From Azolla caroliniana (Eukaryota; Plantae; Polypodiophyta): a DNA stretch of 64,000 nucleotides. Within the stretch, counting starts at the first letter, position 1. The number at the start of each line of letters is the position of its first letter. Location: contig JBHGNT010000007.1 of NCBI GenBank assembly GCA_043228905.1, forward strand, positions 9,300,001-9,364,000, in the 5' to 3' direction. Below are positions 1-11,900 of this stretch, one piece after another. The notes beneath the pieces are model-generated. The model made no database searches. It was not told the origin of the DNA and saw only the letters and a program-made list of their open reading frames with translations. The translations under genes and the position numbers were made by a program.

Positions 1-1211
1 AGCTTTAACCACCAACATATCCCTCATCTTCGACTTCCACACTTAGTAGTTGAAGCCGGTGAGCTTGAACATGCTGCCAAACGATTCTTCCATTTCTTTT
101 GTTGTTCGCTCTGATACCAGATTGTGAAGAAAATAGCGCTCAGCCACAACCAAGTCTTAGATTCACTTCTTCAAGAATCAAACATAGAAATGGGAATAGA
201 GATGAATACTTGTACACCAAAAGAAAGTACACAGGATGTTTACCTCGAAAACCCTAATAGGAAAAAACCACGGGAGCCCATCGACTCCAAGCTATCGCTA
301 TATGAGAAAGGTACAATCAGAGAATCGGAGGCAATGACCTCGAGCTCTGTTTCTTCGCCAAGCGACAGTTACAACAGAGTATCACTTTGTATCTCTCTTT
401 GTCTCACTCTCTCTCTATACAACAATTATACACATACAACAACATGACAACACTCACTGTCCACGCTCACTATAAAGTGATTGCCCTAAGTCATATTTAT
501 ACTTATATGAATTTAGGGTTATTTACAAATATAGCCTCAATAGGCTTACTCAACACATTTACAAATGTGTGTTCTCTTCTGGTGTCGTGAAGATTTTCGG
601 CAATGGTGTGAAAATCGCATAAAACATACAAAATCGAGTATGAATCATATAAAACAATAATAGTGAAAATACTATTTTAAATAAATTTAATATCTTAGTA
701 CAAAAAGATGGAGGTCTTCAAAGAGCTTTCAAATGCACTTTACTGCATAAGAAACAAACATCTAAGTCTCAAGTTATGTGGGTAGGCAGTTTGTAAAGGA
801 AAAGAGAAAGATAAAACTGTGAGATATCCCACATAGCTAGGACAAATAAGGATCTCACCATATATAAGGCAGAGCAAAACCTATTATCTTTGTGTTTATA
901 TGTGGAGCATTGGATGAGTGGGTGTAGCGAAACCGGCAAGCGACTCGGGATGCGGACCGAACTGGCTCGGGATGCGAACCGGGTTGGACCAAACGAATGC
1001 AAATCGGACGGATCGGTCAGGTCAGTTGATCGCGGTGCATGGTATCTTAAAGATATTTGGTCCAAAAGCCTAATAGTATTTTGTGCATAAAACAAAAACA
1101 TGTAAGCAAGACTCTAACTTTGCACCTCCAAGATAGGAAGCAATAGGCTTACCATTAAGCCAAATCATTTCTGTAAACGTAAGTGTTTGCAGAAGCGTAA
1201 AACAGAGAACA

Positions 1212-1250
<39 letters not shown>

Positions 1251-1572
1251 AGAACACAATTTCAAAATTATATCAAGACTCTGTACACACACTGTGCTAA
1301 GTAGCACTATTTATACAAGTCCTCTTGGGACTGACAGAAGTACCATGTACTTCAATGCTCACACGAGCATCTGACACTTACTACGAGACTATAACTACCT
1401 AGTAGTCTATCCTATACTAGGCTTCCGATTGGACTTCCGGTTACAGATTGCACCCGGCCTCCACTGCTTGCCGGTTCGGTTGCTCACCGTCATACCGATC
1501 TGTTTCGCCCGATCCGTCTCGCTTACCGGCTCCGGCTTATTCAGCCGATCCGGCTCCGGTTGAGCTTGCCGC

Positions 1573-4308
1573 TCAACACTCCCCCTCAAGCTCAACCTGA
1601 GGTGGGGTCGTAGTGTCGACCTCTGTGGCAGTCGGTTCTTCCAACCGACTTCTCCTGGCGTCACTCCGCCTTGCTCGCGCTCCTCGTCCGGTCCGGTCTT
1701 GTTTGCCGCGACCCCTTTGGTTCTGCGTGCCTCGACCCTCTCGGTCGGCATGTCTGCTCAATAGGCCCATCTCAGCACTCACGTTGTTGTGACTCCGGCG
1801 CTTGCCGATCCGTCGGTTCTCCCACGATGGCATCGACTTTCGCTGTGTCCGTGTCCCCATGGCCTTCAGTCGATCCGACTTATCCGGATCCATCTGTTGA
1901 TCCGAGTCAGTTGTCTCCGACTCGTTCCAGCTCTTGTCCGAATCAGTACACTCCGATTCGACTTCCGGCTTCAGGTCTCTCACCACATCGGACCACTTTC
2001 GAGTCTTGGCCTTCTCCATGCTTCCCTCGGCTTCTTCAGCCGGTGAACCGAAATCGAATTCTTCATTCGACTCCGCATCATGGTCAGTACCGTCGTGATG
2101 ACCTCCGCACAACATGCACTTCTCTTCCTGAGTGCACAACTCTTCTTCACAGCCGCTTGCTCCGACCTGTTCGGATGTGTCGACTTCCTTCGTCGACTCG
2201 GCTTCCTTCATCTTCTTGTCTCCTCTTCTTCCGGCTCTCCTCTTACTGACGGGTTCAACAGTATTTTTGCCTTTGCCCGTTTCGATAGAGACTTTGCCCT
2301 TGCTTCTCCCCCTCAAGTGCGGCACGTCGAGATGCTGAATACCAAGCATGTCGATAAAGTGCTGCAACTTGTCCAATCCGAGCGGCTTGGTGAAGATGTC
2401 GGCAACTTGCCGATCCGTATGAACATACCGTAGGTCAACTTCACCACTCAGGACCCGCTCACGCACGAAGTGGTAGTGCACCTCGATGTGCTTTGTGCGA
2501 GCATGGAACACAGGGTTCCTGGCAAGCTGCAGGCTGCTCATGCTATCGCAGTAAATCGGGATCGGGGTCGGTACCTCGATCCGCAAGTCTCGCAGCAGTC
2601 GCCGAAGCCAGATGGCTTCACAAGTGGCAACGGTAGCGGCCCGGTACTCAGCCTCAGTGCTTGACAAAGCCACTGTGGGTTGCTTCTTGCTGCTCCACGC
2701 AACGACCGCGCTACCTATGGAGAACATGTATCCGGAAGTGGAGCGGCGATTAGATGCATCGCCGACCCAGTCAGCATCTGTGTAACCGACAAGCTCTTCG
2801 GGTATACCTTGCCGGTATAGCAGTCCCCAGTCCTTAGTGCCGCTGACATACTGTAATATTCGTTGCGCGCATTGAAGGTGCTCCACGGTCGGCTTCTGCA
2901 TGAACTGACTTACCATGCCGACCGGATAGCTGATGTCGGGTCGGGTGATGGTTAAGTATATCAGGCTTCCGACAACCTGTCGGAACCGTTTCTCATTGCA
3001 GGCCGGTCCGGAGTTGGGACGGAGCTTCTGGTTCCGGTCCAGGGGTGTGGAGATAGGTCGGCAATTCGTCATGCCGAACTTATACAACATATTCAACACG
3101 TAATGTCGTTGTGAGAGCAATATGCCGTCGGGGGTCCGGATCACTTCGATCCCAAGAAAATAATGGAGGTCCCCCAGGTCCTTCATTTCGAATGCGTCCG
3201 ACAACTGGGACTTGACGCGGTTGATTTCGGGAAGACCCGGTCCGGTGATGACTAAATCATCCACATACAAGAGTATACATACCGGACCGTCAGAGCCTTG
3301 CCGGATGAACAACGAAGAGTCCGACTTAGAGATAGCAAACCTCAGCTTACGCAACTGGTGCGTGATCTTCACGTTCCAAGCTCGGGGGGCTTGCTTCAAG
3401 CCGTAAAGCGACTTCTTCAGTCGGCATACCGCCGACTTGTTCATCTCCGATTGAAATCCGGGGGGCTGAGTCATCAAGACTTCTTCTTCAAGCTCTCCTT
3501 GAAGGAAGGCGTTCTTCACATCCATCTGGTGAAGATGCCACCCCCTTGCCGCAGCAACCGCTAGTACCACACGAACCGTCATCATCTTCGCCACAGGAGC
3601 GAAGGTCTCGTCGTAGTCGATTCCGTGGGTCTGCGCGTATCCCTTCACCACTAACCGGGCTTTGTACCGGTTAACAGAACCGTCGGCATTGTACTTGACC
3701 TTGTACACCCACTTGCATCCGATCGGTTTATAGTGACGGGGAGGATCAACTAGGTCCCAAGTTTCGTTGGCATCGAGTGCCCGCATTTCTTCGTCCATAG
3801 TGGCACGCCAATTTGCGTCCTTTGCCACTTCCTTGTAGCTCTCCGGCTCACGCACTTCTGTTACCTTAGTCATGTACGCATAATGATGCGCCATGTATTC
3901 ATTGTACCCGTATCGCATGACGGGATCCTTCTGGCGAGTTGATTGGCGCAACGCACCGTCACCTGATTTGAGGCCCTTCTTGGCCAGTTCGGTCTTTGTT
4001 GCCGAAGATCCGCCTTTCTCCTTTCCGGAGTCGGATACGCACCGATCCGACTCTTCGTTGCCGGTTTTGAATTCCGGTATCTTCCTCTTCCCCTTCTCTT
4101 TGCGCGTGAACCGTTTCCTTGGTTCCTTGCGCGGGGAGAGCACGGCAGAGTCTCCACCACTTGCCGTCTCTTCATCTGACTGGTCCAACCGACTCAGTCG
4201 CTCGTTCGGTCCACTCAACCGTAACGATTCCGGACCCTCAGCTTGAGTCCCGGCTTCATCATCCTCTGCCAGGGCTGATTCAGGCTCACTGGCCTGATCT
4301 TCCGGCAT
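1573..4308 (-). CDS. Copia reverse transcriptase/RNase H with an extra C-terminal extension of about 240 aa
   Basis: Motifs KARLVVKGY, QMDVKNAFL, SLYGLKQAPRAW, LLYVDDL, YTDADW, SSTEAEY and HARTKHIEVHYH. The ORF runs past the usual LRG terminus into the 3' LTR edge. Confidence 0.93.
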   Translation of the reverse strand: MPEDQASEPESALAEDDEAGTQAEGPESLRLSGPNERLSRLDQSDEETASGGDSAVLSPRKEPRKRFTRKEKGKRKIPEFKTGNEESDRCVSDSGKEKGGSSATKTELAKKGLKSGDGALRQSTRQKDPVMRYGYNEYMAHHYAYMTKVTEVREPESYKEVAKDANWRATMDEEMRALDANETWDLVDPPRHYKPIGCKWVYKVKYNADGSVNRYKARLVVKGYAQTHGIDYDETFAPVAKMMTVRVVLAVAAARGWHLHQMDVKNAFLQGELEEEVLMTQPPGFQSEMNKSAVCRLKKSLYGLKQAPRAWNVKITHQLRKLRFAISKSDSSLFIRQGSDGPVCILLYVDDLVITGPGLPEINRVKSQLSDAFEMKDLGDLHYFLGIEVIRTPDGILLSQRHYVLNMLYKFGMTNCRPISTPLDRNQKLRPNSGPACNEKRFRQVVGSLIYLTITRPDISYPVGMVSQFMQKPTVEHLQCAQRILQYVSGTKDWGLLYRQGIPEELVGYTDADWVGDASNRRSTSGYMFSIGSAVVAWSSKKQPTVALSSTEAEYRAATVATCEAIWLRRLLRDLRIEVPTPIPIYCDSMSSLQLARNPVFHARTKHIEVHYHFVRERVLSGEVDLRYVHTDRQVADIFTKPLGLDKLQHFIDMLGIQHLDVPHLRGRSKGKVSIETGKGKNTVEPVSKRRAGRRGDKKMKEAESTKEVDTSEQVGASGCEEELCTQEEKCMLCGGHHDGTDHDAESNEEFDFGSPAEEAEGSMEKAKTRKWSDVVRDLKPEVESECTDSDKSWNESETTDSDQQMDPDKSDRLKAMGTRTQRKSMPSWENRRIGKRRSHNNVSAEMGLLSRHADREGRGTQNQRGRGKQDRTGRGARARRSDARRSRLEEPTATEVDTTTPPQVELEGEC

Positions 4309-4344
4309 TGGGTCGGGATCGGAAGTCGGAGTTGGTACGAAGTA

Positions 4345-6549
4345 CTAAGATGCTGATTCGTCGAACTCGACATCCCGGCTAACTCGGACTTCCTTCGTCC
4401 GGGGGTTATAGCACTTATACCCCTTTTGCTCTTGAGCATAGCCGACTAGGATGCATTTTTCCGATTTTGCATCCAGCTTTCTCCGCTTCTGATTTGGCAC
4501 ATGCACATACGCTATGCTGCCGAATATCTGAAGGTGTCTTAAGTCGGCCGTCTGGACCGCCTCCGCCCAGTAGAACTGGGGCATGCTCTTTTCCTCCAGC
4601 ATTGCCCCTGCCGCTTCGACGAGTGTCCGGTTCTTCCTTTCGGCCACACCGTTTTGCTCCGGTGTGTATCTGCAATTGAACTCTTGCCGAATTCCCTTCT
4701 GCTGTAGATAACTAGTGAATTGGCCGGAAAAATATTCCTTTCCGCCATCCGACCGAAGGCATTTGATCTTCCTCTCCGATTCCCGTTCCACCATCTTCTG
4801 GAGGCTCCGGAAACAGTCGAAGACTTCGTTCTTCCGCTCAATGAGGTAGATCCAAGTATGTCGAGTATAGTCGTCGATGAAGGAGACGAAGTATCGGCTC
4901 CCGCCAAGGCTTACACTTTGTGCCGGTCCCCACACATCTGAATGGATGAGATCGAGCTTGTTACGGCTCCAGTTCCGTTCGGTGGGGAATGGAAGCCAGT
5001 GTTGCTTCCCAAGTTGGCAGGCTTCACAAATTTCGGCTCTCCGGCCGCTGAACTTCGGCAAACCGAAAACGACTTGTTTCGTTTGCAGGTCTTGAAGCCT
5101 CCGGTAGTTGACGTGGCCTATCCGCTTGTGCCACAGGTCGATGTCCGACTCGAACTTCTGTCGTTTCGCGAACAGAGCGGTGCCAAAGTCATTGGTGTTG
5201 AGGATAAACATCTTCCCGTCTCTGTGCCCTTGCGCAATGACTTCGCCCTCATCCTCAATGAAGCACCCGAGGTGCGTAAACCGCACCTGCATCCCCTGGT
5301 CGACAATCTGACCGACGGACACCAGGTTCTTCGTGATTGTCGGAACGTGTAATACGTTCATCAGCTTCCCTTTCTGTCCGACGTGGCTTAGAGGGACTTC
5401 TCCGACGTGCACGATTGGGTGAGGAGTGTCGTCTTCGGTTTCGACTACTCCTGGTTGATCCGGTTTCTCCAGAAAGGAGAACCACTCTTTGTGGCTCGTC
5501 ATGTGGTTCGACGCGCCGGAATCAACATACCACACTTCCTCCATTTTGGAAGTGGTCTTCTTCATTGAGTTTGCCTTGTGATTCATCACCAAGGCCGGCC
5601 TCTTACCGGCCTTTCCGGTTCCGGATCCTCCTGATCCGTTTGCGTAGTGCGAGTTTTGCCGGCCATCCTTACCGGTCTTGCCGGATCCGGATTTGTCTGA
5701 ATCGGCATGCTTTCTCCAGCACTCGCTTTCCCTGTGGCCTTTTTTGCCACAGTACCAGCATTCCGTAGCGGATTTGTCTTGCCGGCTTCCGGCACCGCCT
5801 TGACTCCCCCTGCTTGTGGAAGTCCCGGAACTGCTATCGGCACGCTCATAGTGCCTCCGTTCCCGCTCTTGCCGGCCGCCTCCATTGCGTGCCGACCCAC
5901 CTCTTCCACCACGCCCACGGAGCTGATCCGTTCCCGTGTATAGCATTCGGTTGTCCGGGGATGCACTGGTAGATGCACCGGCGTGGTTCTCCTCTACAAG
6001 GAGCATCGACTGTAAGTCGAAGAATGAGGGGGTATTCTCCCTTGTACACACCGCAGTCCGGAACGCTCCGAACTTGGACGCCAGGCCTCCGAGGCATACC
6101 TGCACCATCTCGTCTTCCTCTACGGTAACATTGATAGAGGCAAGCGAGTCGCAGATCTTCTTTATCCGGCCCGTGTAGTCTGCCACGGACATGTTCTTCT
6201 GTCAAACATTGCTCAACTCCTGTCTGAGTTGCAGCTTCCGGGCAGTGGTGCTTGCGGCGAAAACCTTTTTCAGGTTCCCCCAAGCATCCTTCGGTGTCTT
6301 GGCGTCATGGATGTGGTTGAGCAGCTGATCGCCGACACTGGACGCGAAGCAGTACATCACCCTGCTTGCCGCCTGTTCCCATACCGGGAAGTCCTTGTGT
6401 GCCGAGTCGGGCACCGCATCATTCGCTCCTTCGACATAACTCCAATACCCGTGTCCAAGCAGGTACTGGTGCATCTTGTAAGACCAGGATGCGTAGTTGC
6501 TCCTATCGAGCTTCTCCACCGGGAGCGACGTAGCCATGCCTCTATCCAT
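4345..6549 (-). pseudogene. Copia gag-protease-integrase, disrupted
   Basis: Gag with an in-frame TGA at 6202-6204. Zinc knuckle CWYCGKKGHRESEC, protease WYVDSGASNHM, integrase HKRIGH...CEAC and SDGGKEY...QNGVAER. Frameshift near 4345 and an in-frame deletion at AVQTA|DLRHL. Confidence 0.92.
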
Positions 6550-6682
6550 GTCTTCTACTGTGTCTGTTTTCGACCTGTTAGGGTTTTCTTCTCAAGAGTA
6601 AATGTTTGCAGCAGAGGTTCTCAACCCTCGCGCTCTGATACCATGTAAACGTAAGTGTTTGCGGAAGCGTAAAACAGAGAAC

Positions 6683-6718
<36 letters not shown>

Positions 6719-7728
6719 AGAACACAATTTCAAAATTATATCAAGACTCTGTACACACACTGTGCTAAGTAGCACTATTTATACAAGTCCTCTTGGGATT
6801 GACAGAAGTACCATGTACTTCAATGCTCACATGAGCATCTGACACTTACTACGAGACTATAGCTACCTAGTAGTTTATCCTATACTAGGCTTCCGATTGG
6901 ACTTCCGGTTACAGATTGCACCCCGCCTCCACTACTTGCCGGTTCGGTTGCTCACCGTCATACCGATCCGTTTCGCCCGATCCGTCTCGCTTACCGGCTC
7001 CGGCTTATTCAGCCGATCCGGCTCCGGTTGAGCTTGCCGCTCAACAATTTCTTTAGGGATTATATTTTTATCATTATAGCTTTACATGTAAATTCTCATA
7101 TTAGAGCTTGATTGAGTGACATGTGATGCATGAGCGCCAAATGGCAAACATGCATCACATGCATTCCATGCATTGTATGCATGTCTTGTACCCTCACATG
7201 CATTCTATGCATTGTATGCATGTCTTGTACCCTCACATGCATCATATGCATGGGAGTATCCATAAAAGGGTGGATGAAACAAATCAAAAGGGGAGCGATG
7301 TATTAATCAAGAAATTATGAAGAGAAAATTCGTTCTCCAATTGATGGTGTATCTTGTTTCTTAAATCTAAAGTCAAGGGTCCAATCTTAATCTCTCTCTA
7401 TCTCTCTCATGCCATATCAATCTCTCTTGACCCAAAGTCAAGCATTTAAATCTCTCTCTCTTTTAATCTATCTTAAATCCTTTCTCGCTAAAGTTAGTGC
7501 AAACTTCGAATCCTTCCGGTCCAGAACCTCGGTGGTTCCGCCTCACGATCTGCGCCTAGTGATGGATCTTCACGACACTGGTTCTTACCGGGTCCATCCG
7601 ATCCGGTTTCTGGATCTCTTTAGGTTCTCACCGGGCCCATCCGTTCCGGTTTCTGGATCTCTTTCGGTTCTCACCGGGCCCTCTTTATTCATAACCGGAT
7701 CCCATCCGGAGGGACCGATTTCCCAACA

Positions 7729-8960
7729 GCTCCATTGCCAGTTGTGCCCGATTGTACGTTTTGTTTTCCTATTAATCACTAGAATTTGCCGAGTCTCTCT
7801 CCTCTTGTGTTCGGGCATTCTTGCGCTTCTTCTGTTCATCTCGTGGTCTTCGTATCCTGAGCAGTGTTCCTGTCTCCGTTATGATCCTGCTATGTGTGCA
7901 CATCCGTGCGTGTGAGCTGTGAGCTCGTTGTTGCTATCCATCTACCGGTCCGGAGTAGTATTTGTCTCTAAGCCCGGGCGCTCACCGCTCGACATCCAGA
8001 ATCGTTCTAGATAACCTTCCCTCTCTCGTCAGTTCCTTGGTCCTAGAACCCGACAGACCCGCCCTGTTTCAACACATAGTCGCGGATTACTGGGATATAT
8101 TTGGTGAACCCGACATGAAAAGGGGAGGCAAAGAAGCTCGAGATGAGGGAAAATGAACTTGCGGAGGTGATGGTGGTGGCCGTCGACCGTAGAGTGAATG
8201 TGCGGGAGAGCGGGGGTGGGCTCGACCGGGCCGTTGAAACAATAGTCGACATGATAGGCCGATTTAAAGGGAAGGACGCGACAAGCTACCTGGAGGCCTA
8301 CCAGGCCGAAATGATTATGAGGGACATCCCGGAAGATAGGAGGTTATCCGGATTCTTGCGAGTAGTGACACCGAGCATCCATGCGGAGGTGCTCGAGGTT
8401 CGGGCTGACTACCGGAATTGGGCGGAATTCGAGGGGCGGCTCCTTGAAAGGTACGATTTCGACGACTCACTCTGGTTGTCAAAACAGGAGTTCATGGCGT
8501 GGGTTGAGACCCCCGAAAAAGGGGGGAATACATCGGTGCTCCTCCAAGAGTTTGTAAAGCGATTTGCCCGACTCTTGGAATTAGATTAGACCGTGCTCGA
8601 TACGAGCAAGGTCCTGTTGTTTATTAAGTTCATCGACGCGGTAGACCTAGAGAAGGTGGGTCTCTAGTCGGAGACGGATGAATGACTCACGACTGACTGG
8701 GCCGTGTTAAAGAGGGTCTACATCCGTTTCGATAAGTGGTGGGATTGGAACAACGAGGGGTCGTCTACAAGGAAGAAGTTCGAGGATCCGATTCCGACCC
8801 GATCAGAAGAGACGAGACGATGGATCGAGTCGTGCACGGCCTTGACGAACGTGACTTTGGAGGAGATGATGAGGATGGTGCACGATCTCTAGATTGCTCA
8901 AAGCCCGGAGGGAAGGTGGCAATCAAGAGTGCAATTGAAGCCCACCAAACGATAGGAGAT
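7729..8960 (+). mobile_element. Trp-primed Gypsy fragment: 3' part of 5' LTR, PBS and degenerate gag
   Basis: PBS TGGTGAACCCGACATGAA at 8102-8119. ORF 8143-8589 (IGRFKGKDATSYLEAYQAEM) is homologous to the gag at 60971 (VGRFGAKNITDFLATYENEM). Stops follow downstream. Confidence 0.8.
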
Positions 8961-8963
8961 GCA

Positions 8964-11900
8964 TGTCACGGACACAACAACAGTCATATCAAAGATTCGA
9001 ACTCTTCACCACTTGTATACAGTCAAGTGTTATGTTCTAACCAACACATCCAAACGATGTTATATATATATATATCTTAGTATATTATTACTAGATTATC
9101 CATTCCAAGTTCTAGGAGTTTTTAGAAAGTTCTAGAACTAGAAGGTTCTAGAGGGTTCTAGAATATTCTCCCAAACATTCTAATGCATGTACTTCAACTC
9201 TCAATATAAATACTTATAACCTCCTTAGTCCCTTTCAGGGGATTCAGAACCAGTCATTGATACATCAATCTAGTATTCTTGTTCCATTTCATCTTGTTGT
9301 GCGGAAATAACGTTCGGCTACACCCGAGTCTTCAACAAGGAATAGAAGAGAACAAATTAAAAGTGAGATGACACAGGATGTTTACATGGAAAACCCTAAA
9401 TGGGAAAAACCACGAGAACCCACAGACTCCAAACTATCACTATATGAGAAAGGTACAATCAGAGACTCGGAGGCAATGACCTTGAGCTCTATGTCTTTGC
9501 CAGCCGATGGTTACAACAGAACCTAGTTCTGTATCTCTCTCCCTCCCTCGCTCTGTGTACAACAACAACTCTATATCGTCATCTGCATATTTATACTTAT
9601 ATGACTTTTGGGCTATTTACAAATATAGCTTCAGTGGGCTTATCCTAACATATTTACAAATATGTCCTTGGGTCCGGTTCGCACCGGATCCATCCTGGAT
9701 TTACTGGTTACGGTTTCCGGATCTTATCCGAAACCCTTCTAAATCCAGCTTCTTCATCCGGCTCGTCCGATCGGGCTTCTCTGGTTCTCATCAAACTCCC
9801 AACAAACTCCCCCTTCACTCTGCCATGGGATTTCTCGTTAATCGGATCCGTCTTCAGCACACATCCAACTTGTCGGTTGAAAGCATCTTGGTCAGCATAT
9901 TCGATCCGTTCTCCTTTGTGTGGATCTTCGTCAACACGAAGTCTTAATCTTCTACCTTCTCCCAGAGCCAGTGATATCTCCTCTGGATGTGCTTGGTCCG
10001 GGAATGGTAGGCCGTGTTCTTCGCAAGGTGGATGGCACTTTGACTATCGCAGTAGAGACGGTAATCCTCCTGTCGGATCCCTAGCTCTTAGATGAAGTCC
10101 TTCATCCATATTACTTCTTGCCCACTTCCACAACTGCCATATACTCCACTTCCGTTGTTGATAGTGCAACGGACTTCTGCAGCCTCAATTGCCATGATAC
10201 GACTTCCCCTGCATAAGTCCTAACATGTCTGGATGTAGACCATCTGGTATCCGCATCAGCCGACATATTCGAATCCGTGAATCCGTCAAGTTGGGGTTTA
10301 CCTGAGCCGAACCGGAGGCACATACTCGAGGTGCCTTTCAAGTACCGGAATATTCACTTGACCGCGTTCCAATGCTCTTTTCTGGGATTGCTCATGAACC
10401 GACTGACTGCTATGACAACATATGCAATATCCGGCCGGGTGCACACCATTGCATACATTAGGCTTCTGACGGCAGAGGCATGTGGTATCTTCGTCATATC
10501 CAATTTCTTTGCCTTCGTCTTCAGGCTTTGTTTTCCAGATAGCTTGCAGTTTGTCGGGAGTGTCGATCCGACCGGTTTTGCATCCGACATGTTGAGCCGC
10601 AGAAGCCCCTTTGTCACGTACTTCTCCTATGACAACCACAACAACTTCTCCGACCGGTCCCGGATGATGTGCATCCCCAAAATCTGTCTTGCCGCACCCA
10701 AGTCTTTCATTGAGAAAGTCTGGTTTAGGCCATTCTTTAGCATTCATATCTTGACTTGGTCTCGTTTGACGATCAACTTGTCGTCCACGTACAGGAGCAA
10801 TATCAAGAAATCTCCTTTGTCAAATTTCTTCACAAACACGCAGTGATCGGCCTGTTCTTGTGGTACCCTTGGTCGGTCATGAAGGAGTCAAACTTCCGGT
10901 ACAATTGCAGGGGGGCTTGCTTCAATTCGTATAAGCTCTTCTTTAACCGGCATACCAGGTGCTCCTTCCCTTTACTCTCAAATCCTTCCGGTTGATGCAT
11001 GTGGATCTCTTCTTCGAGGTCGCCATGTAGGAATGCCGTCTTGACATCTAGTTGCTCTACCTCGAGGTCCATGCTTGCCGCTAGGCCCAATACCGCCGGG
11101 TGGATGTCATCTTTACTACCCGGAGAAGATCTCGTCGAAATCCGGTCCGAATCTGATTTGGGATCTTGTCTGGTTCCGGTGTCTTCTTCTTCTTCTTCTT
11201 CTTCAGTCGGTTTGTTTTCTTGTCTATATCCGATTGGTTTGTTGAGTGTCATCCGGTTCCCGGCTAACATCCAATTTTGATTGGATGATCTGGAGTTCAT
11301 TATCTCCTTCTCCGACTCCCATTCATCAATGGTCCTGTCTTAATCATCTAGCCGACCGACTGATATCAGGTTCAACCGAACCTTCGGAACGTGTCAGACA
11401 TCCTTCAGCAACAACTTGCACCCGGTTGATGTTGTCAACAATGCATCTCCTATGCCGATGATTCGGTAGGTCCCTTCATTCCCCATCTGGACACAACCGT
11501 GATCTCCGGCTGTGTAGGATGAGAAGCATCTCCAGTCCGGTGTCAGATGGAACGATGCTCTTGAATCGACAACCCACGTTGTCTCGTCGCCGACAAGGTT
11601 TAACTCATTTTCCTTGGCAATGAGCATCAATTCTTCTTCAATTGTTGTGATTGTCAACGTTCCCTTCCGATCCGAGCCCTTCTAGTCTGAACCCTTCTTC
11701 GAATCGGCATTGGTGGTTCCCATCTCTTTCCGGAAATGCTGACAGTTCTTTTGGAAGTGCCCCAACTTCCCACAGTAGAAGCAAGTAGGCCTCCCCCTTG
11801 ACTCCCAGTCCTTCTAGCGAGCTTCTTCATCTAGCAAGATTGATTTTACCCTTGCTAGGGACAACTGCTTTCCTTCCGGCCCGGCGTTGCTCAACGTGAC

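Larger units (their letters stand above)
1172..7046 (-). mobile_element. Full-length, recent Copia LTR retrotransposon (family C1)
   Basis: Near-identical LTRs at 1172-1578 and 6644-7046 (TG...CA). TSD ATTTC at 1167-1171 and 7047-7051. PBS TGGTATCAGAGC at 6632-6643 and PPT at 1579-1592. Domain order is gag-PR-INT-RT-RH. Confidence 0.97.
583..7577 (+). mobile_element. Solo LTR (about 1.1 kb net: 583-1171 + 7052-7577) related to the Trp-primed Gypsy LTR at 59705
   Basis: 12-bp inverted termini TGTCGTGAAGAT...ATCTTCACGACA with 4-bp direct flanks CTGG (579-582, 7578-7581). Segment 695-905 is clearly homologous to about 59772-59976. Confidence 0.8.
1..7728 (-). mobile_element. 5' end of a Copia LTR retrotransposon (family C2, Tork/Tnt1-like): start of gag, PBS and a 5' LTR (123-582 + 7578-7728) split by nested insertions
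   Basis: The minus strand of 1-93 reads MEESFGSMFKLTG, as in the copies at 12376 and 14053. PBS TGGTATCAGAGC (tRNA-iMet) lies at 108-119. The LTR sequence at 123-582 matches the LTRs at 9298 and 12406 and resumes at 7578, ending ...ggagggaccgatttcccaaca at 7728. Confidence 0.85.

Noticed and set aside
6193-6204. TGA between the two gag ORFs as programmed readthrough
   Set aside because: It lies mid-gag, and the relative at about 27415 has a sense codon there (IQQRDMS). A simple CGA>TGA or similar mutation is more likely.
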